DNA of 64,000 bases. It comes from Candidatus Omnitrophota bacterium (lineage in GTDB: Bacteria > Omnitrophota > Omnitrophia > Omnitrophales > Aquincolibacteriaceae). The stretch is from NCBI GenBank assembly GCA_022709525.1, contig JAKLIQ010000003.1, positions 1,771 to 65,770 on the forward strand, written 5' to 3'. Made by a program: the position numbers and the translations under genes. The notes beneath the pieces are model-generated. The model made no database searches. It saw only the letters and a list, made by a program, of their open reading frames with translations, and had not been told where the DNA came from. This document shows, in pieces, positions 1-9,945 of this stretch; position 1 is the first letter of the stretch; every line of letters begins with the position of its first letter.

Positions 1-65
1 TCGGGTCGCAACCGCCGAGCAACCGTTTTAAATCCGTCGGCTCTCCCGACCCGGATCTTCACCCG

Positions 66-1139
66 TTGATTTTAGGACAATGTCCGGACTGCGGCTTCTT
101 ACAGCTGATCAACCCGATGCCGCCGTCCATGGTCCGCTCGCGTTATCCGTGGCTCATCTACCGCGAACCCGAAGAACATCTCGATGTCTTGGTCCGGCGC
201 CTTGCCGTTTCTCTTAGCAAGGATTCACTGATCATCGGCTTTACCGCGCAAGATGACCCCATGCTCGATCGTTTTAAAAAACTGGGGTATAAAAAGGCGT
301 TTTGCTGTGATAGAAAGGCCGACCTCGGCATTAGTGATCCTTGCGCCGGGCTGGAAACGATCCAGGAAACGTTCAACGATGCCGCGGCGGACCGTCTTAC
401 CGCAAAGCACGGTAAAGCGGATCTTTTGATCGCGCGTTATGCTTTAGAGCATGCCCACGCTCCCGTGAGTTTTTTAAAAACATTGAACCGCGTTCTTGCG
501 CCTTCCGGAAGGCTTGTTTTAGAAGTGCCCGATTGCCGGAAATTCATTGCCGCAGGCGATTACAGTTTTATCTGGGAAGAGCACATCAGTTATTTCTCAC
601 CGCAAACAGCGGCTGAACTAATCCGCCGCAATCACTTGGGAAAAGCGGGAATATCGGTCTATGCCCGCACGCTCGAGGATTCGCTGGTTATTATTATTCA
701 ACCAGACGGGGATCCCGCAGGACCTGCCGCAAGACCTTTTCAAGACCTTGAGTTTAAAACAATCCAACAATTTGCCGCCGGCTTCGATCCTGCCCGTTCG
801 GCTTTCCGGAATCACCTTAGCTTGCTGCAAAAAAGAGGAAAGCGGACCGCTCTTTTCGGAGCAGGGCATCTGGCGGTAAAATTTTTGAACTTCTTTGACT
901 TAAAAGGGCTCGTGGACTATGTTATTGATGACGATCCTCATAAACAAGGCTTAGCCATGCCGGGTTCGGGAATACCGATCGTTAATGCAGCATATTTACG
1001 GGAAATCGATCTGTGTTTATTGTCGCTTAATCCTGAGAACGAAAAGAAAGTCATTGCCAAACAACAAGTCAATGCGAAAAAGGGATGTTGTTTCGCCTCG
1101 ATCTTTAAGCGAAGCCCTCTTGCGTTGAAGGTCATATGA
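66..1139 (+). CDS. Class I SAM-dependent methyltransferase. It has an N-terminal CxxC...C zinc-ribbon and a C-terminal C-methyltransferase-type domain (NDP-sugar C-methyltransferase-like, TylCIII/Methyltransf_13-14 architecture). The start is TTG and the gene may begin upstream of the window edge.
   Basis: N-terminal CPDCGFLQL zinc-binding motif. Central Rossmann methyltransferase region (LLIARYALEHAHAP, GRLVLEVPD). C-terminal VIDDDPHKQGLAMPGSGIPIV motif, which is shared with the paralog at 2475..3719. Confidence 0.7.
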   Translation: MILGQCPDCGFLQLINPMPPSMVRSRYPWLIYREPEEHLDVLVRRLAVSLSKDSLIIGFTAQDDPMLDRFKKLGYKKAFCCDRKADLGISDPCAGLETIQETFNDAAADRLTAKHGKADLLIARYALEHAHAPVSFLKTLNRVLAPSGRLVLEVPDCRKFIAAGDYSFIWEEHISYFSPQTAAELIRRNHLGKAGISVYARTLEDSLVIIIQPDGDPAGPAARPFQDLEFKTIQQFAAGFDPARSAFRNHLSLLQKRGKRTALFGAGHLAVKFLNFFDLKGLVDYVIDDDPHKQGLAMPGSGIPIVNAAYLREIDLCLLSLNPENEKKVIAKQQVNAKKGCCFASIFKRSPLALKVI

Positions 1140-1690
1140 AAAAAACCGCTTTCCGTAGAATCAACAACGAAATTTTTGTTGCGCAAGACCCGATCGTTAA
1201 GATCGGGTCCGCGGAAATAAACTTTCTTAAAAAACGGGCCGTAGCAAACAAGCGGCAGCGGGCCCGGATCTGCGTGCATAAAAGTGATCGGGACAAACTG
1301 CATGAAATGATGATCGCGATCACGGCGAAAAGCTACATTCATCCTCACAAACATCCCGGAAAATCGGAATCCTTCCACGTTATTCAGGGCGCTGTCGATG
1401 TCGCTATTTTTAATGACCGCGGAGATCTTATCAATGTGGTGGAGCTCGGCGACGCATCCACCGGCAAACCTTTCTTTTACCGTTTCGAAAAAGCCGCTTA
1501 TCACACACTGCTTCTTAAGACCCCCTTTCTGGTAGTCCATGAGATCACGAACGGACCGTTTGTCCGCAAAAAAACACCGCTTGCTTCTTGGGCGCCCCCG
1601 GAAAGCCGGTTTTTCGAAGCGAAACGGTACATGAAATCTGTCGCAAAGCTTGTCAAAAGATTCAAATCGACCGCTGGGCGCGGCAAATAA
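1136..1690 (+). CDS. Cupin-fold metalloprotein, WbuC-like family, associated with sugar modification. It overlaps the upstream gene by 4 nt.
   Basis: ICVHKSD...IHPHKHPGKSESFHVIQGAVDVAIFNDRGDL is a cupin beta-barrel signature of the WbuC type. The gene is co-directional and translationally coupled within the sugar-modification cluster. Confidence 0.5.
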   Translation: MKKTAFRRINNEIFVAQDPIVKIGSAEINFLKKRAVANKRQRARICVHKSDRDKLHEMMIAITAKSYIHPHKHPGKSESFHVIQGAVDVAIFNDRGDLINVVELGDASTGKPFFYRFEKAAYHTLLLKTPFLVVHEITNGPFVRKKTPLASWAPPESRFFEAKRYMKSVAKLVKRFKSTAGRGK

Positions 1691-1705
1691 GATAGAGGAG
1701 CAATC

Positions 1706-2446
1706 ATGGTTCATACCATAGTGGTTGGCGGTACGCGGGGGCTCGGACGCGAAGTTGCAAAAACGCTTGGCATTGCAGGCCATCGGATCTCCGTTCTTGG
1801 AAGGAAGGAACCGCCGCAAAAAGACGGGAATATTTTGGGTGCGCAATACTATCAATGCGACCTTGCTGATGAACGGTCTTTGAAAAAAAAGCTTGATAGT
1901 CTGGTCAAAACACAAGGCAAACCCAGTTATATCGTATTTTGTCAGCGTTACCGGGGCCAAGGGAGCGACTGGCAAGGGGAGCTCGGCGTTACCCTTACCG
2001 CGACCAAAACCATCATTGAGACCTTAGAAAATAAATTTACTCGTTCCGGGGATAAAGGTATTGTTATGGTAAGTTCCGTTTTTGCGGAACGCGTCGGCGA
2101 CGGCCAGCCTGTCGGTTATCATGTATGTAAAGCGGGGCTGAACCAAATGATGCGTTTTTTTGCCGTCAAGCTCGGCCCGAAAGGAATCCGCGTGAACGCC
2201 GTAACGCCGTTCACTTTTTTAAAAGAAGAATCCAAAGAATTTTATCTAAAGAACAAGCCCCTTCATGATCTTTACCGGAGAATGATTCCTCTCGGGCGTA
2301 TGGCCACGAGCGAGGATAGCGCTAAAGCAGTTGCATTTTTGTGCAGTTCCCAGGCAAGTTTTATCAGCGGTCAGAATCTTTATATCGACGGCGGATTGTC
2401 TTTGGTGTGGCCTGAAACGCTCGCCCGGAAAATAGCGGCTTTATGA
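1706..2446 (+). CDS. SDR-family NAD(P)-dependent oxidoreductase (short-chain dehydrogenase/reductase).
   Basis: N-terminal VVGGTRGLGREVAK glycine-rich dinucleotide motif. An S...YxxxK catalytic region (YHVCKAGL). Length 246 aa. Confidence 0.85.
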   Translation: MVHTIVVGGTRGLGREVAKTLGIAGHRISVLGRKEPPQKDGNILGAQYYQCDLADERSLKKKLDSLVKTQGKPSYIVFCQRYRGQGSDWQGELGVTLTATKTIIETLENKFTRSGDKGIVMVSSVFAERVGDGQPVGYHVCKAGLNQMMRFFAVKLGPKGIRVNAVTPFTFLKEESKEFYLKNKPLHDLYRRMIPLGRMATSEDSAKAVAFLCSSQASFISGQNLYIDGGLSLVWPETLARKIAAL

Positions 2447-2474
2447 AAATTTCATTTTCATCCGGGAATCCTTT

Positions 2475-3719
2475 ATGATGCAAACCCTTCACCGCCGGGA
2501 ATGCTGCCGTTTGTGCGGCAGCCGCCGGCTCGAACTCGCTCTTCCGATGAAAGCATCTCCCATCGGGGATGCCTATGTGCCGGCGTCGCGCCTCAATGAG
2601 CCGCAAGATCTTTATCCATTGGACCTTTATCTCTGCGGGGATTGCGGTCATGTGCAGAATCTGGATATCGTAGACCCCGAAAGTCTATTCCGCGATTATC
2701 TTTTTACAACAAACAGTTCGAGCGGGCTTGTTGAGCATTTCCGTGCCTATGCCGAGGATGTGCTGTCTCGCCTGAAACCCAGGCCCGGCTCGCTCGTAGC
2801 CGAGATCGGCAGCAATGACGGCTCGCTTCTCAGATTTTTTAAAGACAAAGGCATGCGCGTCCTCGGCGTTGATCCCGCGCGCGATATCGCCAAACAAGCA
2901 ACGGCCTCGGGGATAGAAACCCTCCCGGAATTTTTTACTTCCGAGCTTGCTGCACAGATTCGGAAAAAGCATGGTCCGGCCGCTGTTTTTTGCGCCAATA
3001 ATGTTTTTGCGCATATCGACAATTTGACCGATATTGTGTTCGGCATCCGCGATCTTCTGGCCCAAGATGGGGTTTTTGTTTTTGAAGTTTCATACCTTGT
3101 GGATATCGTTGACCGATTTTTGTTTGACACGATCTACCATGAACATGTTTCGCATCATTCGATCGCGCCGCTCGCCAAATTTTTTGAAAAAACAGGTATG
3201 CAATTAATCGATGTGCAGCGGAATATGAGCAAGGGAGGTTCTATTCGCGGGTTTGCCCAGCGATTGGAAGGAAAACGCCCCGTCCAGCCTATTGTCAATG
3301 AGTTGATCGCGGCGGAAAAAACGAGAGGTTTTGACAGATTGCCACTTTACCGGGATTATGCCGCAAGGATTGAACGGCTTCGGGCGGCAGCCAATTCTTT
3401 TATTGATAACGAAATAGCTCGTGGCAAAACGGTCGCGGGATACGGCGCTTCGACCACCACCACCACCCTTATGTGGAGTTTTGATCTTGCCGGCAAGCTC
3501 GCTTTTGTTGCCGACGACAATCCAAAAAAACAAGGGCTTTTCTGCCCGGCCTGTCATATTCCGGTCTTGCCGTCCGCGGAACTTTACACACGACGGCCTG
3601 ATTATACGGTGATCCTTGCCTGGCAGTATGCCGACGCTATCCTGAAAAAACATGAACGCTTTATGAAGGAAGGCGGGAAATTCATCCTTCCGCTTCCGGC
3701 GCTGAAGATTTTTCCATAA
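2475..3719 (+). CDS. Class I SAM-dependent methyltransferase with an N-terminal zinc ribbon and a C-terminal C-methyltransferase domain. It is a paralog of the gene at 66..1139.
   Basis: CCRLCGS...CGDCGHVQN zinc-ribbon motif. Methyltransferase core (LVAEIGSNDGSLL, VFCANNVFAHIDN). C-terminal FVADDNPKKQGLFCPACHIPV motif. Confidence 0.8.
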   Translation: MMQTLHRRECCRLCGSRRLELALPMKASPIGDAYVPASRLNEPQDLYPLDLYLCGDCGHVQNLDIVDPESLFRDYLFTTNSSSGLVEHFRAYAEDVLSRLKPRPGSLVAEIGSNDGSLLRFFKDKGMRVLGVDPARDIAKQATASGIETLPEFFTSELAAQIRKKHGPAAVFCANNVFAHIDNLTDIVFGIRDLLAQDGVFVFEVSYLVDIVDRFLFDTIYHEHVSHHSIAPLAKFFEKTGMQLIDVQRNMSKGGSIRGFAQRLEGKRPVQPIVNELIAAEKTRGFDRLPLYRDYAARIERLRAAANSFIDNEIARGKTVAGYGASTTTTTLMWSFDLAGKLAFVADDNPKKQGLFCPACHIPVLPSAELYTRRPDYTVILAWQYADAILKKHERFMKEGGKFILPLPALKIFP

Positions 3720-3766
3720 AGCAACAAAAAACTTTACGCCTATCCGGTAAATTAGGATAAATCGCC

Positions 3767-4660
3767 ATGGATCAAAACAAGCCTCGTTTAATTCTTCATG
3801 TTGGGACCCCAAAGACGGGAACGACAACGCTGCAACAAAGCCTAAACGCCTCACAGAGCCGTTTGTTAAGCAAAGGGATTTTCTATCCTAATATCGAACT
3901 TCATCCCAGGGGCAGGGATAGCTGGATAGTTCATTGTTTGCTGAAAAACGATTTGGACAAACTCCGGAAAAACATCCGGGAAATAGCCGCAAAAGCGCGC
4001 CAAATCGGGGCGAAGCAGGTTGTGTTGTCCTGCGAAGGCATCTATACCCGTTTCCCGAATTTTTCTCGCGAAGCAAAAGAAGCGCTTCGTGAATTTGAAA
4101 AACATTTCACCGTCACCTTATGGTGTATTTTTCGAGAACCTGTTTCTTTCGCGATGTCGCTTTTTTCCCAACCTGTAAAGCATGCGCCGTGCGCCCTTTC
4201 ATCTTGCCACGGCACGTCGGAGCCACCGGAAATCGTGGCCGAACACCCGTGGTTTCAGGAGCGGCTTAACTATAAGGGCTTTATTCAGAACATCGAAGGC
4301 TTATTTTCATCTTCTGTTGTTTTGGCGACCCAATATGAACCGGGCGGCACCATTGAACAGGCAAGAAGCTTGCTGGGCGTTGATGCGGCGATCCTTTGCA
4401 GCGCGCCCGACGCTAACGTGTCCCTTAGCGCCTTAAGCGTTTATCTCATGCGTCGCTTGAATCGATTAACTCTGAAACCAAAAATGCATCGGAAACTTGT
4501 TTCAATCGTAAAAAAAATGGACAAATTTTTGAATAAAATAAGCCCTCCGTTAAGAGCATCCGATGCGATGAAAAGAAAAGTACAAGCCGTCTCTCAAAAA
4601 AGCGAAGAATTTCTCAAGAAAAAATTTGGGATTTGCTGGGATGAGGGGCTCAAATCTTAA
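3767..4660 (+). CDS. Sulfotransferase-family protein (PAPS-dependent).
   Basis: N-terminal LILHVGTPKTGTTTLQ matches the 5'-phosphosulfate-binding PKxGTT loop. A downstream REPVSFAMS-type 3'-phosphate-binding region is present. The gene lies 5 kb upstream of a cysD/cysNC PAPS-synthesis module. Confidence 0.65.
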   Translation: MDQNKPRLILHVGTPKTGTTTLQQSLNASQSRLLSKGIFYPNIELHPRGRDSWIVHCLLKNDLDKLRKNIREIAAKARQIGAKQVVLSCEGIYTRFPNFSREAKEALREFEKHFTVTLWCIFREPVSFAMSLFSQPVKHAPCALSSCHGTSEPPEIVAEHPWFQERLNYKGFIQNIEGLFSSSVVLATQYEPGGTIEQARSLLGVDAAILCSAPDANVSLSALSVYLMRRLNRLTLKPKMHRKLVSIVKKMDKFLNKISPPLRASDAMKRKVQAVSQKSEEFLKKKFGICWDEGLKS

Positions 4661-4689
4661 AGTTTGAAGGGTTTTTGGGGAGTTTCTAA

Positions 4690-5943
4690 ATGCGAGCGCA
4701 CCTCGAAGCTTTTTATTATGTGATTTTGGAACGGTGGAGACAAAAGGGATGGGCCTGGTTTTTCTCGGGGCTTGCCAGGCGCGTTGTCATTGAATTATTG
4801 TGGCTTGTTTTTTTACCCGTCAGTCTTTTGGGTCACCTGTTGGGCTATCGCTGGCTTTACGCGCAGACATGGCACATCGGACATCTGGCCGCAGACATCG
4901 ATACTTTTCTAAAAGAAAGCCGTCTCGGCCTCTTGTCTAAACGCCGCTGGTTTCTTACCGCGCCTGACCGCCTGACCGCCAATGTCCATTTGCTGCGGTA
5001 TTGGCGCGAGTTCATCCCTGTTGTTTCAGATCCTCTAACGGCTTTTGCGCTCGAATTGATCTCATGGCGATGGTTCATGAAAGAAGACCTGACGCGCTAT
5101 ATTTCAAAACACTTCGGGACGCAAGATATTTACCGGATCAACCGTCTCTGGGGCGACCGTTCTCCCATCCTCCGCCTCAACAAAGAAGATCATGCCTGGG
5201 TTCGGGAAGAGCTGGAAAGCCTCGGTTTAAAAAAAGATCAATGGTTTGTTTGTGTCCATGTTCGCGAGGGCAGTTACTTTCCTAAAAATGAGCCTATCCA
5301 GTCACACCGTAACGCCAGTATTATGAATACCGTATTAGCCATGAAAGAGATCGTTCGCCGGGGAGGGGCATGTATCCGTATGGGCGACCCGGGAATGACC
5401 CCTTTGCCGCCCATTGAAGGGGTGATCGATTATGCGCATCATTCCGCGAAATCCGAGCGGTTGGATATCGCGCTTTGCGCCCAAGCGCGTTTTTTTCTTG
5501 GCTGCACCTCAGGGCTGTCTTTTGTCAGCGCAGCTTTTGGCGTTCCGGTGGCGTTCGCCAATATGATCCCTGTCGAAACGCTCGGCATTCGAAGACACGA
5601 TCTGAGCATGCCAAAACTTCTTTGGAGCGAACCGCTGAACCGTCATCTTCGCTTCGATGAAATTTTTAATTCGAAGGCCAGCGGGTATTTTTTCACGTAT
5701 CAGTATCAAAAAGCCGGCATTCTTCCGGAGGAGAACAGTCCGGAGGATATTTACGACATAACCGTTGAAATGTTGGACCGTCTTGACGGTTGTTTTTATG
5801 AAAAACCCGAAGATCATCGCTTGCAAGCAGCCTATAAGGCGTTTTTTAAACCGGGACATTACAGCTACGGTTCGGATGCCAATGTTTGCGCCGGTTTTCT
5901 CAAGCGACATAAAGATCTTTTCGGCAATAACCCAACGCTTTAA
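4690..5943 (+). CDS. Hypothetical protein, possibly a GT-B-like glycosyltransferase (TIGR04372-like). It has an N-terminal hydrophobic segment.
   Basis: Long uninterrupted ORF with codon usage typical of neighbouring genes. The C-terminal FVCVHVREGS...GD...LGCTSGLSFVSAAFGVP pattern resembles nucleotide-sugar transferase folds. No firm family assignment is possible by eye. Confidence 0.35.
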   Translation: MRAHLEAFYYVILERWRQKGWAWFFSGLARRVVIELLWLVFLPVSLLGHLLGYRWLYAQTWHIGHLAADIDTFLKESRLGLLSKRRWFLTAPDRLTANVHLLRYWREFIPVVSDPLTAFALELISWRWFMKEDLTRYISKHFGTQDIYRINRLWGDRSPILRLNKEDHAWVREELESLGLKKDQWFVCVHVREGSYFPKNEPIQSHRNASIMNTVLAMKEIVRRGGACIRMGDPGMTPLPPIEGVIDYAHHSAKSERLDIALCAQARFFLGCTSGLSFVSAAFGVPVAFANMIPVETLGIRRHDLSMPKLLWSEPLNRHLRFDEIFNSKASGYFFTYQYQKAGILPEENSPEDIYDITVEMLDRLDGCFYEKPEDHRLQAAYKAFFKPGHYSYGSDANVCAGFLKRHKDLFGNNPTL

Positions 5944-6023
5944 GACGAACAAGTTGAAATTTTTCACGATTTAGTGTATTTCTAAAACATATAAGACCAG
6001 ACAACCCTTAAGGGTGGAAAATT

Positions 6024-7034
6024 TTGGATAGAAATCCTTCACAAAAGATCAAGCTTAGCGTTGTGATCGTTAACTGCGATACGGCCGAGATGACCCTTGG
6101 CTGCCTCCGCTCCGTTTATCAGTATAAGCCCGCCTGCTCTTTTGAAGTGATCCTGGTCAATAACGGCTCAAACGGCATCGCCCCGGAAGAGCTTGAAGAT
6201 TTTCCGCAGACCAGGATGATCAAAACCGGGAAGAATCTCGGATTCAGCAAGGCGAACAATCTCGGTATTTATAACAGTTACGGGGATTTTTTAGTTCTTC
6301 TTAATAGCGATACTAAATTGATTGATTACAGCTTCGACAAAATGATCGCTTATATGGAACAGAACGAACACGTCGGCGCTTTAGGCCCCAGGGAAGTGGA
6401 CGGGGAGCGGCGGTATCGCTTATCTTGCGGGCGTTTTCCAACCTTTTTTTCCGAACTTGCGCGCAAGATATGGCATTACCGGCTTTCAGTCAATGATTAT
6501 AGTTTTCGCGATTATCTTGATTCGAAACACGCCATGGTTAAAGACGTTGATTGGGTTTCCGGTTATTGTCTGATGCTTCGCCGGTCCGTGCTTTTGGAAA
6601 CGGGTCTTTTGGATGAGAATTTCTTCCTTTATTTTGAGGACATCGACCTTTGCACCCGTTTTTGGGAAAAAAAATGGGAGGTCCATTATTTTCCGGAAAC
6701 CAGCGTGATTCATTATGGAGGGGGATCGGCGCGACGGAATTTGATGCTCGCGATGACAGAATACCGCCGCAGCGAGATCTATTTTGCGAAAAAATATTAC
6801 GGCGCGCTTGGCGGGATCGGCATCCGCATTTTTCTGTTCTTGAAATACATCACTTATTTTTTAACCTGGACCCCCGTTTTGATTTTTCAAAAGATCATAG
6901 GCAAAGACACAAACCGGGCCTATACCATCGCGCTTCTTTCTAAGAAAGTCATTCAAATGGTTTTTACCATTTCGCATCCCGAACCGGTCGAACCCGCTTT
7001 GAACAAAAACGCGGCCAACCGGTCTTCCCCATAG
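6024..7034 (+). CDS. Family 2 glycosyltransferase (GT-A fold).
   Basis: LSVVIVNCDTAEMTLGCLRSV...ILVNNGSNG...LLNSDT (DXD-type) motifs typical of GT2. Confidence 0.85.
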   Translation: MDRNPSQKIKLSVVIVNCDTAEMTLGCLRSVYQYKPACSFEVILVNNGSNGIAPEELEDFPQTRMIKTGKNLGFSKANNLGIYNSYGDFLVLLNSDTKLIDYSFDKMIAYMEQNEHVGALGPREVDGERRYRLSCGRFPTFFSELARKIWHYRLSVNDYSFRDYLDSKHAMVKDVDWVSGYCLMLRRSVLLETGLLDENFFLYFEDIDLCTRFWEKKWEVHYFPETSVIHYGGGSARRNLMLAMTEYRRSEIYFAKKYYGALGGIGIRIFLFLKYITYFLTWTPVLIFQKIIGKDTNRAYTIALLSKKVIQMVFTISHPEPVEPALNKNAANRSSP

Positions 7035-7119
7035 TTTTTATCCGTTGAATCGATGATAAATATGGACAAAAACGCTATCGTATTTAATAATCCTACATTT
7101 CATGTAGGAGATAGATAAT

Positions 7120-7521
7120 ATGAAACTCACCACTCACAGCGAATACGGTCTTTTGGCGTTACTTTATATCTGCCGTTCAAAACGGGGGAAAAACATTCCC
7201 CTATCCAAGATCGCAAAAGCTCAAGGACTTCCGATCAAGTACATGGAACACCTCATGCAGGCTATGTGTCGAGCCGGTTACCTGGCTAGCGCTAAAGGTA
7301 AATACGGAGGGTACCTTTTGAACCGGCCCGCGGAAAAGATCACGGTCGCGGAGATCGTCCGACTTTTCGATGGGGCGCTGGCGCCGACCGGATCCGCAAG
7401 CCGCTATTTTTATAAACCTACTCCGATCGAAAAAGAAAAAAAACTATTGAAGCTCATGCGGGAAATCCGCGACTTGATCGCGAAAAAATTGGAACACACG
7501 ACCATCGCCGATATGTGTTGA
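7120..7521 (+). CDS. Rrf2-family transcriptional regulator (IscR/CymR-like).
   Basis: MKLTTHSEYGLLALLYI...SKIAKAQGLPIKYMEHLMQAMCRAGYL is the Rrf2 winged-helix signature. Length 133 aa. The gene sits immediately upstream of the sulfate uptake/activation genes. Confidence 0.85.
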   Translation: MKLTTHSEYGLLALLYICRSKRGKNIPLSKIAKAQGLPIKYMEHLMQAMCRAGYLASAKGKYGGYLLNRPAEKITVAEIVRLFDGALAPTGSASRYFYKPTPIEKEKKLLKLMREIRDLIAKKLEHTTIADMC

Positions 7522-7580
7522 TTTTTTTTGAGTAAATATCCTACCAATAATATAGGAATTAAAAACAAGGAGAGAAGATT

Positions 7581-9020
7581 ATGGACGCAGGTAAATTTTT
7601 AATAGCAGGCATCTTAGGGACGTTTTTATTGACCGCATCGTTCCACCCTCAGGCTTTTGCAGGCGACGAAGAGCTTTTGAGTCTTATCAAAGAATTGCAG
7701 AGAAAAATAGAGGCGCAGGAACAGCGCATCCAGAAATTAGAAGCGCAAGAACCCAGGATCCAGAACGACGAACTTATCAAGGATGTCGAGCTGCTCAAAC
7801 GGCAAAGAGAGGTGGATCAGGAGATCATGCTTAAAAAAGAAAAAGAAACTCCTATTGTCATCTCGAGCAAAGACGGGTTTTCTCTCAAATCGAAGGACGG
7901 CGACTTTCAGATCAAGCTCAAAGGTCAGATTCAGGCCGATGGCAGGTTTTATGCCAATGACGGCGTTCAGGCGACCCCTAACACTTTCTTGATCCGGAAG
8001 GCTCGCCCGATCCTTGAAGGCACCGCATTTCGGTACTTTGATTTTAAACTCATGCCGGATTTCGGCAGCAATCAAGTCCAGATTGTGGACGCCTATATCG
8101 ATTTTAAATATTGGAAACAAGCGGTGCTTCGGGCCGGAAAATTCAAACCTCCCATGGGCCTCGAGCGTCTTCAGCCGGACGCATGGAACCTTTTCCCCGA
8201 ACTTTCACTTGCTTCCAACCTGTTGCCTAACCGCGATCTCGGGGTAGGGATTCACGGGGAATTGTTCGGGGGCATTGTGAATTATGGCTTCGGTATTTTT
8301 AATGGCTCCGTGGATAATAGCAGCAATGATATTGATACGCAGGATGATAAAGATTTCATGGCGAGAATTTTCGTACATCCTTTTAAAAATTTTGCGCAGG
8401 ATTGGCTTAACGGACTGGGGCTTGGCTTTGCCGGAAGCATCGGAACGGCCCATTCAAACCTATTGCCTCAATATAAAACGTTCGGCCAACAGACCTTTTT
8501 TTCCTATAACAGCACGACCGAGGCGGACGGAGCGCGATATCGTTTTACCCCTCAATTTTATTATTATTTCGGTCCTTTCGGCATGCTGGGCGAGCTTGTG
8601 GAATCCATCCAGGAACTTAATAAGACAAACGCCCCGCGCGGCAGCTCCGCGTTCAGAAATAATGCGGGACAGCTCGCGGTTTCTTACGTGGTGACGGGGG
8701 AGAACGCTTCTTATACCGGCGTTACTCCGCGGAATAATTTTGATCCTAGCAAAGGAACCTGGGGGGCTTTTGAAGTCACTTCACGCTTTGACTGGTTGAG
8801 CGCCGAAAAGGATAACCTGGCCCAGTTTGCCAATCTTGCCGCATCAGCGCAACGCGCGGCCGGGTGGGCGCTCGGGTTCAACTGGTATCTTAATAAGTTT
8901 TTGAAATTTTCAACCGCTTTTGAGCAGACATTCTTTGACGATGCCGGGATCACGAAATTCGGGACCTCGCGCCATCCCAAGGAGAACGCTTTCATCGGGC
9001 GGCTTCAAATCGCATTTTAA
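7581..9020 (+). CDS. OprO/OprP-family anion-selective outer-membrane porin (Porin_O_P).
   Basis: Signal peptide. N-terminal heptad coiled-coil (LQRKIEAQEQRIQKLEAQ). A beta-rich remainder ending in an aromatic C-terminal residue (AF), typical of outer-membrane beta-barrels. The gene is located in a sulfur-assimilation context. Confidence 0.65.
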   Translation: MDAGKFLIAGILGTFLLTASFHPQAFAGDEELLSLIKELQRKIEAQEQRIQKLEAQEPRIQNDELIKDVELLKRQREVDQEIMLKKEKETPIVISSKDGFSLKSKDGDFQIKLKGQIQADGRFYANDGVQATPNTFLIRKARPILEGTAFRYFDFKLMPDFGSNQVQIVDAYIDFKYWKQAVLRAGKFKPPMGLERLQPDAWNLFPELSLASNLLPNRDLGVGIHGELFGGIVNYGFGIFNGSVDNSSNDIDTQDDKDFMARIFVHPFKNFAQDWLNGLGLGFAGSIGTAHSNLLPQYKTFGQQTFFSYNSTTEADGARYRFTPQFYYYFGPFGMLGELVESIQELNKTNAPRGSSAFRNNAGQLAVSYVVTGENASYTGVTPRNNFDPSKGTWGAFEVTSRFDWLSAEKDNLAQFANLAASAQRAAGWALGFNWYLNKFLKFSTAFEQTFFDDAGITKFGTSRHPKENAFIGRLQIAF

Positions 9021-9057
9021 GTTTTAAAAACCAGACAACCTAAAAAAGGAGTTTCCT

Positions 9058-9918
9058 ATGCCGGACATGACGTGGCAGCTTATCATCGGGATCATGGTGA
9101 TCGCTTTTTTCTGTGAATACATGGATTCAACGCTCGGAATGGGATATGGCACCACCATGACACCCGTTCTGATGCTTTTTGGCTTTACGCCGCTTGAAAT
9201 TGTCCCATCGGTTTTACTCTCAGAGCTTTTGACGGGCATGCTTTCAGGTGTAATGCATCACCGCGAAGGGAATGTGAATTTTCATTTCAAGATCTTAAAT
9301 TTTCAAAGAATAAAAGACAGCCTTAAACTTCCCGAGCCGGTCAACCCCGATTACCACACCTACGGGATACAGGTTTCCGCCCATCTTAAAGTGGTGATCC
9401 TGCTTTTAACGGCGACGATCCTCGGGTCAAGCAGCGCCGTGTTCACCGCGCGGATTCTTCCCAAACAATGGACCTCTCTTTATATCAGCTTGATGGTGAT
9501 TGCGATGGGGATTTTGATTCTGGCTTGTTTTAACAAACAATTTAAATATTCCTGGAAGAAAATCATAGGCCTTGGGCTTCTCGCGTCCTTCAACAAAGGG
9601 CTTACGGGCGGAGGGTACGGCCCTCTCGTGGTCAGTGGACAAATGCTTTCAGGGGTCCAGGGCAAAAACGCCATCGGCATTACGTCCTTGGCCGAAGGAG
9701 TCACATGCGCTCTGGGCGTGTTGATTTATTTTCTTACCGCAAAAAGCGGCATCGATTGGCGGCTCGCTCCGATCATTGTTGCGGGAGCGGTTTGCTCCGT
9801 GCCTTTTTCGGTCAAAAGCGTCAAAGTCATGCACCCTAAACTCTTAAAGGTTCTCATCGCGGTTCTGACGATTATTTTGGGGATCGTGACGCTTCTTAAA
9901 ACACTGCGTAGCTTTTAA
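9058..9918 (+). CDS. TauE/SafE (TSUP, DUF81) family anion permease, a likely sulfate/sulfite transporter.
   Basis: Eight predicted TM segments built from two repeated 4-TM units. Glycine-rich motifs (GMGYGTT, LTGGGYGPL). Directly upstream of cysD. Confidence 0.7.
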   Translation: MPDMTWQLIIGIMVIAFFCEYMDSTLGMGYGTTMTPVLMLFGFTPLEIVPSVLLSELLTGMLSGVMHHREGNVNFHFKILNFQRIKDSLKLPEPVNPDYHTYGIQVSAHLKVVILLLTATILGSSSAVFTARILPKQWTSLYISLMVIAMGILILACFNKQFKYSWKKIIGLGLLASFNKGLTGGGYGPLVVSGQMLSGVQGKNAIGITSLAEGVTCALGVLIYFLTAKSGIDWRLAPIIVAGAVCSVPFSVKSVKVMHPKLLKVLIAVLTIILGIVTLLKTLRSF

Positions 9919-9945
9919 TCCGCGTTGCGGGTATTATAAAAGGCT

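Noticed and set aside
1-54. Inverted repeat TCGGGTCG...CGACCCGG at the extreme left edge
   Set aside because: It is cut by the window boundary and only 7 bp of complementarity is visible. It cannot be interpreted.
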